In this document: piece by piece, positions 1 through 13,856 of the stretch
Layout of the letters: each line of letters begins with the position of its first letter
Position numbering within the stretch: the first letter of the stretch is position 1
Assembly: GCF_009914755.1 (NCBI RefSeq)
Contig: NC_060927.1
DNA length: 64,000 nt
Source of the DNA: the human T2T-CHM13v2.0 reference genome, Homo sapiens
Strand: one strand, 5' to 3'
Translations under genes and position numbers: made by a program
Notes under the pieces: model-generated
What the model was told of the DNA's origin: nothing
The model's database searches: none
What the model saw: the letters and a program-made list of their open reading frames with translations, nothing else

Positions 1-2489
1 TTATGCACACAACCTTTAAGGAGGTAAATATGAAGCTGTTTGACTGAAATAAAATTATTATGATGTCATTTTTAAATTGGATGTGTTTGTCTGCTGATCT
101 TTTCTTGTGATCTACCATGACTGTAGACTTACTTGCATTAATTGTTATCAGCGTTCTGAATTGAAACAAAAAGCATAATACATCTCTGTAATTTCAGCAA
201 GACTATAAGTTAAGTAAATATCTATTTATTCATCAAGATTTTCTATTTGTAGCTTAGAATAAGGAAAAAATATAATTTGCTGCTACCAGCATCGTACTTA
301 ATGTCTATCATGGAGAACATCTGAAAAATAATATACTTTTTTTATTTCTGATTAACACAAATGATTTTGGTAAATACGTTAGTTTCTAGCATTTATCTTT
401 TCCACTGACTACTGTGAAAATAAAATGAAATAAAATAATTTTTAAAACCTGTATTTTGAAAGTGTAAAAACAACCTGAAAGAAAACATAGCCATCATCAT
501 CAGGATAAAATATTGTGTACTTTTAAAAAAGTATTTTTTTGGAGAGTTATGACAATTTTTATTCTTTTTAAAAAAGTCATGCACTACATGAGAAAAAAAT
601 TAAGGGAAGAAGAATTTACACATAATGTTAGAGAATGTTACTTTTTTTTCTAAAATATTAAGTTAGCCATACATCCTCAGCCAGATATTTCGATGTGATA
701 ATACATTATCTTCTAAAACCTTACTGCCCAGTAATGTCTATACCCAGAATTCATGAATCACCATTCCTAGATCTGAAGCATCTTTTCCAGAAAGCAAAAC
801 TTCTCCATAAAAGACTATCACCGGTGATAATTTAATATAATATGTTTTAGACCATCTATGGGATGCCTACTGGTAACGAAGAATAAAGACATCATTGTGT
901 TTTTGTAATTTTTCCCTAATAATTTGACATTAATTTATGGTACAAGTGAGGATTTAATTTTCCCACTGGTATTAACTTTCTACTTAATTAAGTTAAACTA
1001 AAGGATAATCAATTTATTGGATTACTGTATTTTCCATGTTCAATTCAAAATCTATTTGTGTAACTTCCATAGCTGTTCTATAAGTTCTTGGCATAGTCAA
1101 AGGCTTTTGAACTAGATGTGTTATTGAGAGTTAGACAAAATACATAGTGGTAGAGGTATAACTTAAATTGCTTTCACAAATCCCCCATTCATTTTTTCTG
1201 GAAATCTATAGAGATACCAACATGGCATATTGACCCACAGAGTGGCACTGTAATTTATGTTGTTTAAAACAGTGAATTTCCTTGGAAATTGAATAGTCTG
1301 TGATGCTCATCATAAAAGAAATGGTTGCATGATTAATAAATCAATGCACTTAAATTACAACATTACCACTCATCCTAATAATCAGAAATCTTACAGAATC
1401 AGTAGCGTAAAAATAGTACAATGGGGCTGGAAGGGAAAGTTGTTTATAAAAGGACAAGGAAGCACTAGAGACACATGAAAGATGTTGGAAAAAAAACTCA
1501 AATTAAGTCAAACTTAAATTCCTGTTATATTGATCTATGAGACATTTCAGTAATTGCAGTGTCTCTTTTGTGAAATAGTCTAAGAAATTTCAAGAACAAA
1601 ATGCTTGAAAACAATGTTAGAGTAAAATGTGCTAAATGTACCTGAAATCTACATTTTCAAAATCTAAATTTTCAAGAAAGAGAAAATTGTTATCCAGAAT
1701 TTCAGGGAAGATAAAGTTAAGAGAAAATATGTTCTTTCAATTTTTTCCCCTAAGGTATATTTCCTTGTATTTGTCTTCAGCTCTTTTTAATATAACGAGG
1801 GGAGTATGTGCTTCTACTTCACTCTGAAACGATTTCTCCTGAACTTAATTTGTTTACACCCTCAGTACAATAACTTAAAACAACAGAAGCATTAGTAAAT
1901 ATTTTCTTGTTTTGCAAATAAGGACAAAGAGAACCAGAAAGTTAAAACTATTTGTTTCAGTCATAAAAGAAAAACTAGAATTAAGTGACACTCTAATCAC
2001 TTTAATAGGTCACATCTAACCCTCTGTAGCCATATTTTGATGCTGCTGCCTTATTGATAAAAGAAAATCCATTGAAAATTGTTGGTATTTTTTTTTGATG
2101 GAGGTTCCCTTTCTTGATATCCAGATATTAAGTTGCTGTTCTGTCTAAAAAGTAAGACTTCCATAAATCTTGTTTGCTGTTTGAAGTTTAGTTGATCTGA
2201 ATATAAAGTAAAGAAGTTAAAAAGACAGAAAGTGTTAGTAATTTATTCTCGTAATATCTCCTTCAGGGAGGTTGTACACCTTTTAAATAATAGATATGCT
2301 AAACTATATAAGTATGTATTTATTAAATTTTAGCAGCAATTCATAATAATTTCTTGTAGTCTACTTTTAAACCACTAGACTTTCTTTTTCTGCATGCTGT
2401 ACAATTAAAGGATTACAAACGTCAATACACCAAACAAGTTGGAAATCAGCTAATGCTATGTAGCAATGATTATGTGTATCTATGAAAGC

Positions 2490-3260
2490 ATTTCTGGGCT
2501 AAAAACATGAACAGGAAATTCATAGAAGAGGAAATTCCAATCACTTAATACACTGATAAAAGAGTCTTTAGTCTTGCAAGTCACCAGTAAATTGCTAAAA
2601 GCATTAATGAGATTCTTATTTCATCCATCAGATTAGCAAACCTCAAGTGTTGACAAGGCAAACAGTATATGCAAACAGGCCCTCTCATATGCTGGAAGAC
2701 ACTTGAAGGACAGTTTGGTAAAATGTACTAAGGGTTTACATGTACATTCTCTATGACTTAGCAATTCTACTTCAAACTCTTAGAATTTAGGCTAGGAGAA
2801 ACACTCTTATATTAATGCAAGAAGGAGCCATAATGACATTCACCGCAGCATTGTTTGTAATTTAGGAAAAAAAGGCAAAGAAACAAGCAATATGAAAAAC
2901 AGGTAAAAAACAGTAGGTCAGAATAGTGTGCATTACTTTAAGACAATGTTTAGTAAAAAAAGAATGTATTTCTATAACTTTTCTTCTTCCCTCTTAAATA
3001 ATATTGTGTATTTCCAATGATGTATGTGTGAGTGCTCACATTCCTGCTTGTGTTTGTAAATACCCAGAAAACAATAATTGAAGATGCACAGCATTCAGTA
3101 GCCAACAAAGAGACCTTGATTGATGGTGGTTAATAGCAATAGTTGTAGTGAGTTCATTCTTATGTACAATGTTTTAATAATTTTTTCCAGGAAAAATTAT
3201 ACATATGTTATTTATATAAATAAAATTTTACTTGAAAAATAAACTTAAAATAAATCTAAT
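2490..3260 (+). mobile_element. Ancient L1 (L1ME-like) 3' remnant
   Basis: Degenerate ORF2 C-terminal/3'UTR motifs, e.g. aacatgaacaggaaattcatagaagagg, catccatcagattagcaaa, atgacttagcaattctacttc, gcagcattgtttgtaat. Boundaries approximate. Confidence 0.55.
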
Positions 3261-4248
3261 AGTAGCTTTAAGAAAAAAATATGTAATCTCATGCCTAATG
3301 TTCTTTATTTAGTTACCATTTAGCTTTATGTCACCATTGGAATATAGCAGGTGTTTAGCTCTACGTCATCTCGGAAAGAATGGTAATTCTTACCTCTTTC
3401 CTAAAACAAATTATGTCTCACTCTAAGCCATATTTTCAAATACATGTAGTACAATGTTAAGTCTGAGAGACACTGCTTTAACAATGGACATTTTTAAATG
3501 ATTCTAAAACATTTTGGTCATGCACAATACTTGGGTTATTTTGTTGGATGATGGTAACCTCCAGAGAATTTTGAAGTAGGCTAAGATTAGCTCTATCCCT
3601 GATGTCTTGCTAAAAGTTGGAAAGAAAACCAACATTTAGACCAAACCTTGTTATATATACAGAAATGTATTAAGCAAATATTAACAAGTGGACATAAAAT
3701 AGTTCAGGCCACTTATTTTGTAAGCACCATGAAACCCCAGTTCTCTCAACTTTTGATGCTTTGACCACAGCTTGAATGAGAGACTGATATAAGTGAGTCA
3801 TGCTAATATTCTGAAAATAGGCCTCTATTTCCTGTTTAGCTGATATCAGACAATTAGAAATCCCTGAACCCAATGACTGGATACAAGACCATTTAAAGAT
3901 CAAGCTTTTTGAGAATTCTGTGCTCTGATTATGCAAAGATGAGGAATTATTCTTAAATATTTCAATTTATATATCTTAAATACTATTAATTTTACTGAGA
4001 TTCTATTGCTAATATATATTATAATAATTAACAAGCCATAATTTTGCCATTTGAAACATTTTATTATACTATTGGAGAAAGCCTTTGTGTTAAGATATGA
4101 ATAGTAGAAGTGCTTTTAATAGTTACTCCGGAGTTTAGATTTATAAAATTTAATTATAACTGGCCCACATTGAAGTTAATTTATTGATTAAGACAACTGA
4201 CTAAACCTTAGTATAATATAATCTGCCTACTACAGTATTAGTATTTTA

Positions 4249-4651
4249 TTTTATTTTTAAGCATTTTTTATCATTTCAATAGGTTTTTGGGTAACAGGTG
4301 GTGTTTGGTTACACGAATAAATTCTTTAGTGGCAATTTCTGAGATTTTGGTGTACCCCTCACCTGAGTAGTGTACACTGTAGTCTTTTATCCCTCACCCA
4401 CTCCCACCCTTTCCCCCAAGTCCCCAAAGTCCATTATATCATTCTTATGCCTTTGCGTTCTCATAACTTAGCTCCCACTTATAAGTGAGAAAATACAATG
4501 TTTTTTTTTTTCCATTCCTAAGTAACTTCACTTAGAATAATGGTCTCCAGTTCCATCCAGGTTGCTGTGAATGCCATTATTTCATTCCTTTTTATGGCTG
4601 ACTAGTATTCCATGGTAAATATATATGTGTGTGTGTGTATATATATTTATA

Positions 4652-4682
<31 letters not shown>

Positions 4683-5253
4683 CTCACATTTTCTTTTTTT
4701 TTCTATATCTCACATTTTCTTTATCCACTCATTGATTGATGAGCATTTGGGCTGGTTCCATATTTTTGCAATTGCAAATTGTGCTGATATAAACATGTGT
4801 GCAGGTATCTTTTTTGTATATTGACTTGTTTTCCTCTGGGTAGACACCCAGGAGTAGGATTGCTGGACAAAATGGTAGATCTAATTTTAGTTCTTTAAGG
4901 AATCTCCCACTGTTTTCCATAGTGGTTAAACTAGTTTACATTCCCACCAACAGTGTAAAAGTGTTCCCTTTTCACTGCATCCATGCCAACAACCATTATT
5001 TTTTTATTATGGTCATTCTTGCAGGAGTAAGGTGGTATCACATTGTGGTTTTAATTTGCATTTTCCTGATCATTAATGATGTCGAGCATTTTTTCATATG
5101 TTTGTTGGCCATTTGTATGTCTTCTTTCGAGAATTGTCTTTTCATGTCCTTAGCCTACTTTTTGATGGGACTGTTTGTTTTTTCTTGCTGATTTGTTTGA
5201 GTTCCTTGTAGAATCTGAAAGTTAATCCTTTGTCAGATGTGTAGATTGTGAAG
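4249..5253 (-). mobile_element. L1PB1-like 3' segment (non-inverted part of a twin-primed insertion)
   Basis: T-rich tail, then an L1PB-type 3'UTR (aggtttttgggtaacaggtggtgtttggttac). Minus-strand ORF 4729-4920 resembles the ORF2 C-terminus (RFLKELKLDLPF..AILLLGVYP). Internal (TG/TA)n at ~4619-4682. Confidence 0.85.
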
Positions 5254-6722
5254 GAGCAGTAAAATCTTTTTCAGACAAACAAATGCTGAAAGAATTTGCC
5301 AGCACTTAAAGGGATGCTAAAAGGAGTTCTAAATCTTGAAAAAAAAAACCTCAAAATACACAAAAATAAAACCACCTTGAAGCATAAATTTCACAGGGCC
5401 TATAAAACAATAATACAATGGAAAAAAAAACACAAGGTATTCAGGCAACAACTAGTATGATGAACAGAATAGTAACATTTCAATACTAATGTTGAATGTA
5501 AATGGCCTAAATGCTCCATCTAAAAGATACAAAATGGCAGAATGGATAAAAATTCACCAACCACGTATCTGCTGTCTTCAGGAGACTCACGTCACCCATA
5601 AAGAATCACATAAACTTAAAGTAAAGGGGTAGAAAAAGACATTTGATGCAAATGGACACCAAAAGTGAGCTGGAGTAGCTATTCTTATATGAGACAAAAC
5701 AGACTTTAAAGCAACAACAGTTTAAAAAGAGAAAGAGAGACATTATATAAAGACAAAAGGACTAGTCCAACAGGAAAATATCAAAATCCTAAATATATAT
5801 GCACCTAACAATGGTGCTCCCAAATTTATAAAACAAGTATCACTAGACTTAAGGAATGAGATAGATGGCAACACAATAATAGTGAGAAACTTCAGTACAC
5901 TACTGGCAGCAGTAGACAGAACATCAAGACAGAAGATCAACAAAGAAACAATGGATTAAACTATACCCTAGAACAAATGGACTTAACATATATTTACAGA
6001 ACATTCTATCCAACAACTGTAGAATATACATTACATTCATCATCACATAAAACATTCTCCAGATAGACCATATGATAGTCCACAAAACAAGTCTCAACAA
6101 ATTTAAGAAAATTGAAATTATAGCAAGTACTCTCTCAGACCACAGTGGAATCAATTGGAAATCAACTCCAAAAGGACCTTCAAAACCATGCAAATGAGTG
6201 GAAATTAATTAACCTACTCCTGCATGATTGTTGGGTCAAGAATGAAATCAAGATGGAAATTAAAAATTTATTTGAACTGAATGATAATAGTGACAACCTG
6301 TAAAAATCTCTGGGATAGAGCAAAGGTGGTGCTAAGAGGAAAGTTTACAGCATTAAATGCCCACATCAAAAAGTCTAAAGGAGCACAAATAGACAATCTA
6401 AGGTTACACCTCAAGGAGCTAGAGAAAGGAGAACAAACCACACCCAAACCCAGCAGAAGCAAAACAAAACAAAACAAAAGATCAGAGATAAAGGAAATTG
6501 AAGCCAAAAAAAAAATTCAAAAGATGAATAAAACGGAAAACTTGTTCTTTGAGAAGATAAATAAAATTTATAGACCACTAGTGAGATTAACCAAGAAAAG
6601 AAAAGGGGAGATCCAAATAAGCTGAATTAGAAAAGAAATGGGAGATATTACAACCAATACCATAGAAATACAAAAGGTCATTCAAAGCTACTATTAACAC
6701 CTTTATGCACATAATAAACTAG
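5248..6722 (+). mobile_element. Inverted 5' segment of the same L1PB insertion (end of ORF1, inter-ORF spacer, ORF2 endonuclease region)
   Basis: Endonuclease-coding motifs are visible (aatgtaaatggcctaaatgctcca, ctcaggagactcac-like, tatgcacctaac, tcagaccacagtggaatc). ORF 6281-6625 is an ORF2 fragment (NLWDRAKVVLRGKF). The whole unit is bounded by TSD tacagta(t/c)ta(g/a)tatttta at 4231-4248 and 6723-6740. Confidence 0.85.
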
Positions 6723-6989
6723 TACAGTACTAATATTTTAAATGCAGGCATCAAAACAATGAAAATGCATAGTTTTACAAAAATACATGATTTGTATTAA
6801 CTGGAATGTGATATGACTATGGAGGGCTTGGAGTTCATCACTGTGGCTGTGGTGTTCTGATTGAGAACCAGTGCATCACAGAATATTTGTTAAGCTCCAT
6901 TTTTTTGTGACTTAAAAATGCATTGTTAATCTCACAGGTGGTTTATGTCTTTATGTCCTTATTTCTTTATTATCTCCCTCTATTACTAT

Positions 6990-7480
6990 GTTAGTCAAGA
7001 TTCTTGCTTAGAAAACATAAACTCAAACTGCTTAAATAATAGTTCACATTTTATTAAAACTGAAGTCCAGAAAAGTGGTAGGGTCCAGGGCTGGCTTACT
7101 ATTGGCTCCATCTCCATTGCTCTATGAGTCCCCAAGATTCTTCTCTCTTGGTGCATGAGTTCATCGTCAAGATGGCATGGGTCTTATGATAAAATGGTTG
7201 TAGTTCGTCTTTCCACTACATCATCCTGATTGGAGGAGGATATATGTTAGAAATTTGACTATAAGTTTTATGCTTTGCTTTGATTGGATCAGCTTAGTTA
7301 TATTCTCATCTCTGAAGCAATAATTATGGCCAGAGGATAGGTTATAATGATTAGTATTGTCACAAATACATGCTTAAATTCCTAGATGAAAGTTTGGCTA
7401 ACCTCCTGGAATAGCATGTAGAAACTAGGTGCTATGGTAAAGAATAAGGAGTAACAACGAGTGCTGAAGAGAAAACAACC
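6990..7480. mobile_element. Old MaLR LTR remnant (MLT1J/K-like)
   Basis: tgttagtcaagattcttg...aaactcaaactgcttaa start and a gattggatcagcttag motif typical of old MLT1 LTRs. Highly diverged. Confidence 0.4.
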
Positions 7481-9519
7481 ATGTATCTACTGCAATTATT
7501 AACTTCCTACTGTCTCCTTATGAGAATGTCGTGGGAGATCCTCTAATCTTAAATAGTTTCAAGACAGGAAGGGGTATATTAAGTAATTTTCTCATGTTCC
7601 TCCATCATGGACTAATGGATGTCAATAGGAAGAAACAAGGAATTTGGGGATATTAATTTAATACACAACTATCATGAAAGGGCCATATAAAGACAATTTT
7701 TTTCTAAATCACACTTTAGTCCATACTATGCTGAAGGGGTAATAGCTGGAAGTTGTTTTTAAGTCTGTGGGCATTAGTCAAAATGCCATAAAAATCACAT
7801 GTAGAGAACAAGGATAAGATACTTCATCATTCCTATTCTCCAGAATACTCTTTTCCAAATTAAGGTAGAGGTAACTTAGACAGAAGAATCTAGCTCTGCT
7901 ATTATCTGAACTCCTGCTATTTTTAATACTAGTTCTATCTTAAAATAATATTTGAGTGAGGAAATGAACTTCATAATTTTAGGATTCTTTGGTCTAGTCA
8001 CACAACTCTACTTTCATTATGAGCTGCCCCCTGCCACTCAAAAAAATTTTCAATTTGTCCACATTGTTCCAGTAGAATAAATTGATGTCTATTTATTTGA
8101 CTTAAATAATTCATGCCCAGCTAGCATAAGATCCCTTATGTTGATCTCTCTTGCTTCTGGTAATGTAGAAAAGAACAGAGGCTAATAATGATAGGTGTAG
8201 TCACATTTAATTACTAGAATTAATGTAGAGACTTTGTAATTACTTTCTATGAAGGCTTTTTTTTTAATTCAGTGAAAACAGGCCAGAAAAGCAGCTAATT
8301 TCAGAAATCCCGTGGCTGCTTGCCAAAGGTTTAAGCAACAAATGATAGTCAGGGTCATTGGCTCTCTGACAAACCAAGGGTGCCTGTAAGTTGTAGGTTT
8401 CAGTAACACCATTGAGAACTTTCAATTTAACTTGATACTTAAAAACGGCCAGTGGGAGTTTTCAATAAACTCAATCAATGTTGAAAGCAAAATGCTATTA
8501 AAAACATGGGTAAACATTGATTTTAGGCTTCAAGTACACTCAGGAACTATTCTTGGAGTGGTCTCTTAATACCTCGTTCCTACAGTAAGAAGTGACTGCT
8601 ATGGTAACATAACATTTCACACAATAGTTGTCACAATCAGCTTCTTTCCTATGTTCTTGAATGATCATATTTTTAAAAGCATGTAGCATTTTCATAGTAA
8701 CTATCTTAGGATAAAAAAAACCTCTTTAAGGCTTTTTGGCCTCCTGCAGTACGCATACCTAATTTTCAATATGGCTGTAATTTTTAGCTATTCGACAGGC
8801 AGCAAATCTTATATTTTGAGCATTTCCATTAGTGTCACTTCTGAATCCATCATCATTCAACTTATGTCTACTGAAATATGTTTTGCTGATCTAGACATAA
8901 ATGGGCTGTGAATTGTAGCTACAGATGGCTCGGAAACATACATATATAGTGAGCAAAGTTTGGATGACTGAAAGAAATTTGACAGAAATACCACAAGGAG
9001 AAATTGTGTATCATTTCAATAACTGGGTAAATAAACTAAAATCAAAACAAGAACAATAATAACCTTCTCTTCAACAAAAATGTGTTACATTCACCTGATG
9101 GACACTAAAATGAAGTTGGTCATTTTAAGCAAAAACATGGCTTTTCCATTCTCTCCATTGTAGAGGATTTTCTGGTTGGTTATTGGGCTGGCAGGATAGG
9201 AGAGGCCATGTGCTCTCAGAAGCGATCCACAGTGGGGAAGGTCAGTGTGTGAAATTAAGCCAAAGACCTTGAGGGGAGCCAGAAGCCTGCTGAGTAACCC
9301 TACATAAATGCCAAGTCCAGAGGGATAGAGCTACGTGGTAAACAAGAGGCAACATTCTAGTTGCGAACCAGATTGTTACTGAGGCAGATTTTGAGGAAGT
9401 GAAGACAGACAGGGCCAAGTGTTATGGAGAGGTATTTAGCTGCAGAATATTAATAACAATTGCCTAGCATACGCTTAAGCTGATTTAAATGTGGCTAAAG
9501 GATATGTCTGACTGGTAGT

Positions 9520-10940
9520 TTGTTTTAAAATTTCTTTTAAATGAACTACAGAAATGTTGGATACTGGTTTGAATCTCCTTTTTGCTGTTGTTGATCTAGT
9601 AGCTTTATGATTTCTTTCTTTTGGTTTTCTGATATTTCATGAAGCTCTGTCTAGGTGGAAGTCTTTTGTAATTCCCTTACCATGAACTTGGTGGTCCTGT
9701 TCAATTTGGATGATTCTTCAGATATTTGAGGGATAGTTTCTTCATTTCTATTTTCTCTGTTTCTTTTTTTGTTCATTGAATATTAGCCTCCTGGAGCAAC
9801 TCTATTTTTGATTTTTTTTCACATTCTTTTTCTCTTTGCTTTCACTCAGACATGACTGCGTTCAATCATTAAAATAGTAAACCATGTTTTCAAAATTTGT
9901 ACATTTGTTTTGTGTTCTTGGCCAAGTTGTTTTGTTTTATAGCAAAATTTCTTGTTTGTAATTTGTGGCCTTAATAACTTATCAAACAACTATGAGGATA
10001 CAAATTTAATTTATGTAATCACTTCTCTAGTAGTCTTTCTGTTATAAGTAGCAATATTTTCTCAAAAATCTGGTGACCTTGGTTTTCTATTACTCTTTAA
10101 GTATGAATGGTTAGTTTGGATTACAGCTTCTTCTATTTGGGTTAATTTCTCAGTACGTACACCTTGATTTTCAATCTGCCAGAACTATTTTTAATAGTGT
10201 TTGAATGTTGATCAATATATGTAACTGTCTTGGGTTTTCTCTGTCCTTATGTAATGAGGCCTAGTTTCTCTTGACAATACGGCTGGCTGACAGCAAAAGG
10301 TATGTGGGAGAGCTGTGAGACTTGCAGGAATGCTTTGTAAATGTATGCAGAGACCAGAAGCACACATGTTCCTGCCCCCATCCCTATGCACATCTAAAAT
10401 GAGATAAAATTATTCTGAAGTGCTAACATCATTTGAGAAACCTTTATTTTCCTGAGGCATGCAATTTCTAGAAACAGACCTCCAGTTTTTGCCTTGAGAG
10501 AAACATTAGGGGGTGAAGACATTTATAAGTGGTGTTGAGGAATGGAAGGTAAAAAGTTGACCAAGCAACTTTTCCCATAGAAAACCCTTTAAATAATCAA
10601 CCTGCTTTCTGTCCCACTTCTCACTTCTACTCTCAAAACTTGTCTACTTTTGTGGGTTTTTGAAAAATATTCTCTCAGCACTCCCCTTGCCTTCCTATCT
10701 TTTTGTACTGGATTGCAGATTCTTTTATTCTGATATTTCTCTTGATATTTATGTCTTGGTTTTTCAACCTGTCAGAAATATTTTAATCATGTTTGCATGT
10801 TAATGATCCATCCCTGCCATGCACACTGTGCTCCTTGCTGTTATAGATTTGTAACATTTTGTTAAAATCTTATTTATTGCAATAAGATTTAGAGGGAAAC
10901 AGAAAGCTGATACAGTTGCGCCTTCTGCCAATTTGAACTA
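9520..10940 (-). mobile_element. Very old L1M/HAL1-like remnant
   Basis: T-rich strand bias with motifs resembling antisense L1 ORF1 (tgtctaggtgga, cttggtggtcctgttcaatttgga). Boundaries uncertain. Confidence 0.3.
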
Positions 10941-10989
10941 AAATCTTTGGCATAATTTTTTAATGCAAATATTACATTAGTTTTCTTCA

Positions 10990-11252
10990 AAAGGCCTCTC
11001 GTTCCTTGCTCATGGCTGCATCCCTCCAAGGCCTGCTTACTTGGCGTGTAGCCTTCTCTGACTCTCTTGCCTCTTCCCTTCTCCCTTATTAGGATCTTTG
11101 TGATTACATTGGGCCCATGTGGATAATCCAGAATTAATTTTCAAGATACTTTACCTAATCACATCTGCACAGTCTCTTCTGACATGTAAAGTCACAGGTC
11201 CCAGGGATAAGAATGTGGACATCGTTAAGAGCCCACTATTTTGCCTGCCACG
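10990..11252 (-). mobile_element. MLT1D-like MaLR LTR fragment
   Basis: gtgattacattgggcccatgtggataatccag...taatcacatctgcacagtc...ggataagaatgtggacatc...ctattttgcctgccac. Confidence 0.6.
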
Positions 11253-13050
11253 ATCATGTACATGGTTTTATGTCATCAGCCAATATCCAGGAACATCATG
11301 ACTAATCACTAGAGTTACTTCATCCATTATATATCATATTTTATTTAACCAATTAACCAAATACTTAGTTTAGCAAATATTTATTGGTTATTTACAGAGA
11401 CTCTGACATAGTGCTAGAAAAAGAAGATAAAATGATGGACAGGTTTTTAAAAGTCTCTGCTGTTGTGCCCTTTATCCACTATACATATGAATGGGAATTA
11501 TTTTCCTTAAGAGCTGAAGCTGGGGAAAGGCTTAGAAAAGCTCCAGCTGAGCTGAGTTATAAATATTTAGTTTAGGATGCTTCCCGTGGTTTTTGTGATT
11601 ATCATCGACCTTTTTGGTCAACTGACTTCTATGACTTTAGATATAATTTGATATCCCAAGAGGAAGACTTAAGAAATATTTAAGAAATATTAAGACTGGA
11701 AATTTAGGATTTCCAGGTTTAGGAGGAGATGTTGATAGCTCCAAATTTGTAGTTTCTGCCATTCCTGAAACAATCTTGAGTAAATAAGTGATGGAAATGT
11801 GAAGGAATCAGTTCAGATAACTTTCATAGACTAAGTAACGACCAGGGTTAAACCTGATATTTCTCTTATGTTCCCTACATTGCCTAGCCCAGTTCTGTAT
11901 TTGCAGGAGTGCAATACACACTTGCTGATGGATTAGCTGAATTCACAGAAGCAGCAAACAAAATCACTGGGAAGATGAGCATGAAAATGTCCGTCTCAGA
12001 CTCCAGAGCCAGGTTCTTACGGGATTCGGTCCTATCAGAGAAGTTTATATCTGTGGTTATTCCCACAAATGGCTTCCCTGTAACATGAAAAAGAAAACCT
12101 TAAGTTACTGAAATTTTTAGTGAATAAAGACAAAACAGAATGATTATTCTATGAAGTTCATAAAGGTAGGATACACCTTATAGCTGCTGACTGCTGACAC
12201 AGAGGAGCATCTAGTGTATGTATTGATTTATAATGAACAAAGCATTGTCTTCACAACCAGATTGTTTATATAAAGTATATATAAAAAAGTACCTTCAAAT
12301 TTTAGTTGATAGACATATTACCTGCAATTTTCATAGGCCAAAAGTTGAGATAATTTTAATATTGAACAGACATTGTCCAGCACTTGTCAATCATTATTTA
12401 TGAGTAATTTCAATTGATTGATTAAAGAATTGTGATACAGAATTCTAAAAATGTATCATTAAACTACTGAATTTTAAAATATAAGGTTGTGAAAACCTAG
12501 GGTTTATTAGTGACATCCCAATGGGTTGTGAAAACACATTAACTTTGGAGTAATCTGCTCCACGACCACCATCTGACTCTGAAATAGGAAGAAAAAAAAA
12601 AAAGCAGGAAAACAAACAAAATGCAGCAGCATTACAGAATTTCATCTTCGCACCTCACAACAAAAAATAACTAGCTCAACAGGGTTAGGTACTGAAAAGT
12701 ATAAAATATCTCCAAAGTTAGAGCAATTGACTGTCCATAGCTATTATCTCTAAAATAAAGGGCATGGGAATGAAAGCAAAAATCACTCACCCAGAGAAGT
12801 TATTTTGTCATCCTATGTGGCTAGCTTTTCTTGCTTCATAGAAGAAATATTAATACTATTTGGTGTATAAATAAAAGTTTTCTTGTTTGTTTCAGAGGTA
12901 TTTGCTCTGATTTGATTCCTTTTTAAAATATTTTATTTAATGATAAAATTTTATCTGATGCGTATTTGTTCATTTTTATAGTGAAAGGCCCATTTTTCTC
13001 TATTATTACTATGCACATTTGTAATTTGTGTATATTTTTGCTAATAGTAA

Positions 13051-13418
13051 TGTATTAGTTCATTCTCACACTGCTATAAAGAACTACCTGAGGCTGGGTA
13101 ATTTATAAAGAAAAGAGGTTTAATTGACTCACAGTTCTGCAGGCTTAACAGGAAGCATGACTGGAGGCTTCAGGAAATTTAAAATCATGGCAGAAGTGCA
13201 GGGGAAGCATGCACATCTTCCCATAGGAGAGAGAGAAAGAAATGGGAAGAGCAACACACTTTCAAATAACCAGATCTCATGAGAGCTCACTCACTATCAT
13301 GAGAGCAGCAAGGGGAAAGTCACCATGTCAGTCACCTCTCACGAGGCCCCTCCAGCAACATGTGGGGATTACAATTCCAGATGAGATTTTATTAGGGACA
13401 CAGAACAAAACCATATCA
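13051..13418 (-). mobile_element. THE1D-like MaLR solo LTR
   Basis: Starts tgtattagttcattctcacactgctataaag and ends caaaaccatatca. 368 bp, with the THE1/MST core ctgggtaatttataaagaaaagaggtttaattgactcacagttc. Confidence 0.85.
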
Positions 13419-13427
13419 AATATGATC

Positions 13428-13569
13428 CAAGAAAGAAAGAAAGAGAGAGAGGGAGGGAGGGAGGAAGGAAGGAAGGAAGAAAGGAAGGAAGGAAGGAGGG
13501 AGGGAGGGAGGAAGGAGAGAGAGAGAGAGAAGAAAGAGAGAGAAGAAAGAGAAAGAAAGAAAGAGAGAG

Positions 13570-13628
<59 letters not shown>

Positions 13629-13630
13629 AG
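13428..13630 (+). repeat. Compound polypurine microsatellite (GAAA/GA/GGAA), with about 14 perfect GAAA units at 13571-13626
   Basis: Directly visible. Confidence 0.95.
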
Positions 13631-13856
13631 ACATTCTTTTTTTTTTTTTTTGGCACAATAGAGGTTCCAGTAGCCAGGGAAGAGCTCCATTCCATACTAA
13701 CCATGAGAAGGGGCTTTATTCCTGCAGCAAACACTTTCTGTTCAATTTATGCAGCATCTTTATGCTAGCTAAGGTATTGCCCTTTTTCTCTAAATGGCCT
13801 AACAAGCTTTACTTGAAGTCAACCTTGGCAGTGTCCTACTCTATGCAAAGAATGGT

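Noticed and set aside
13242-13734. Overlapping 80-139 aa ORFs rich in K/E/R or S/F/L
   Set aside because: Artefacts of the stop-free GAAA/GGAA microsatellite. The same applies to ORFs at 20187-20597 and 49623-50057.
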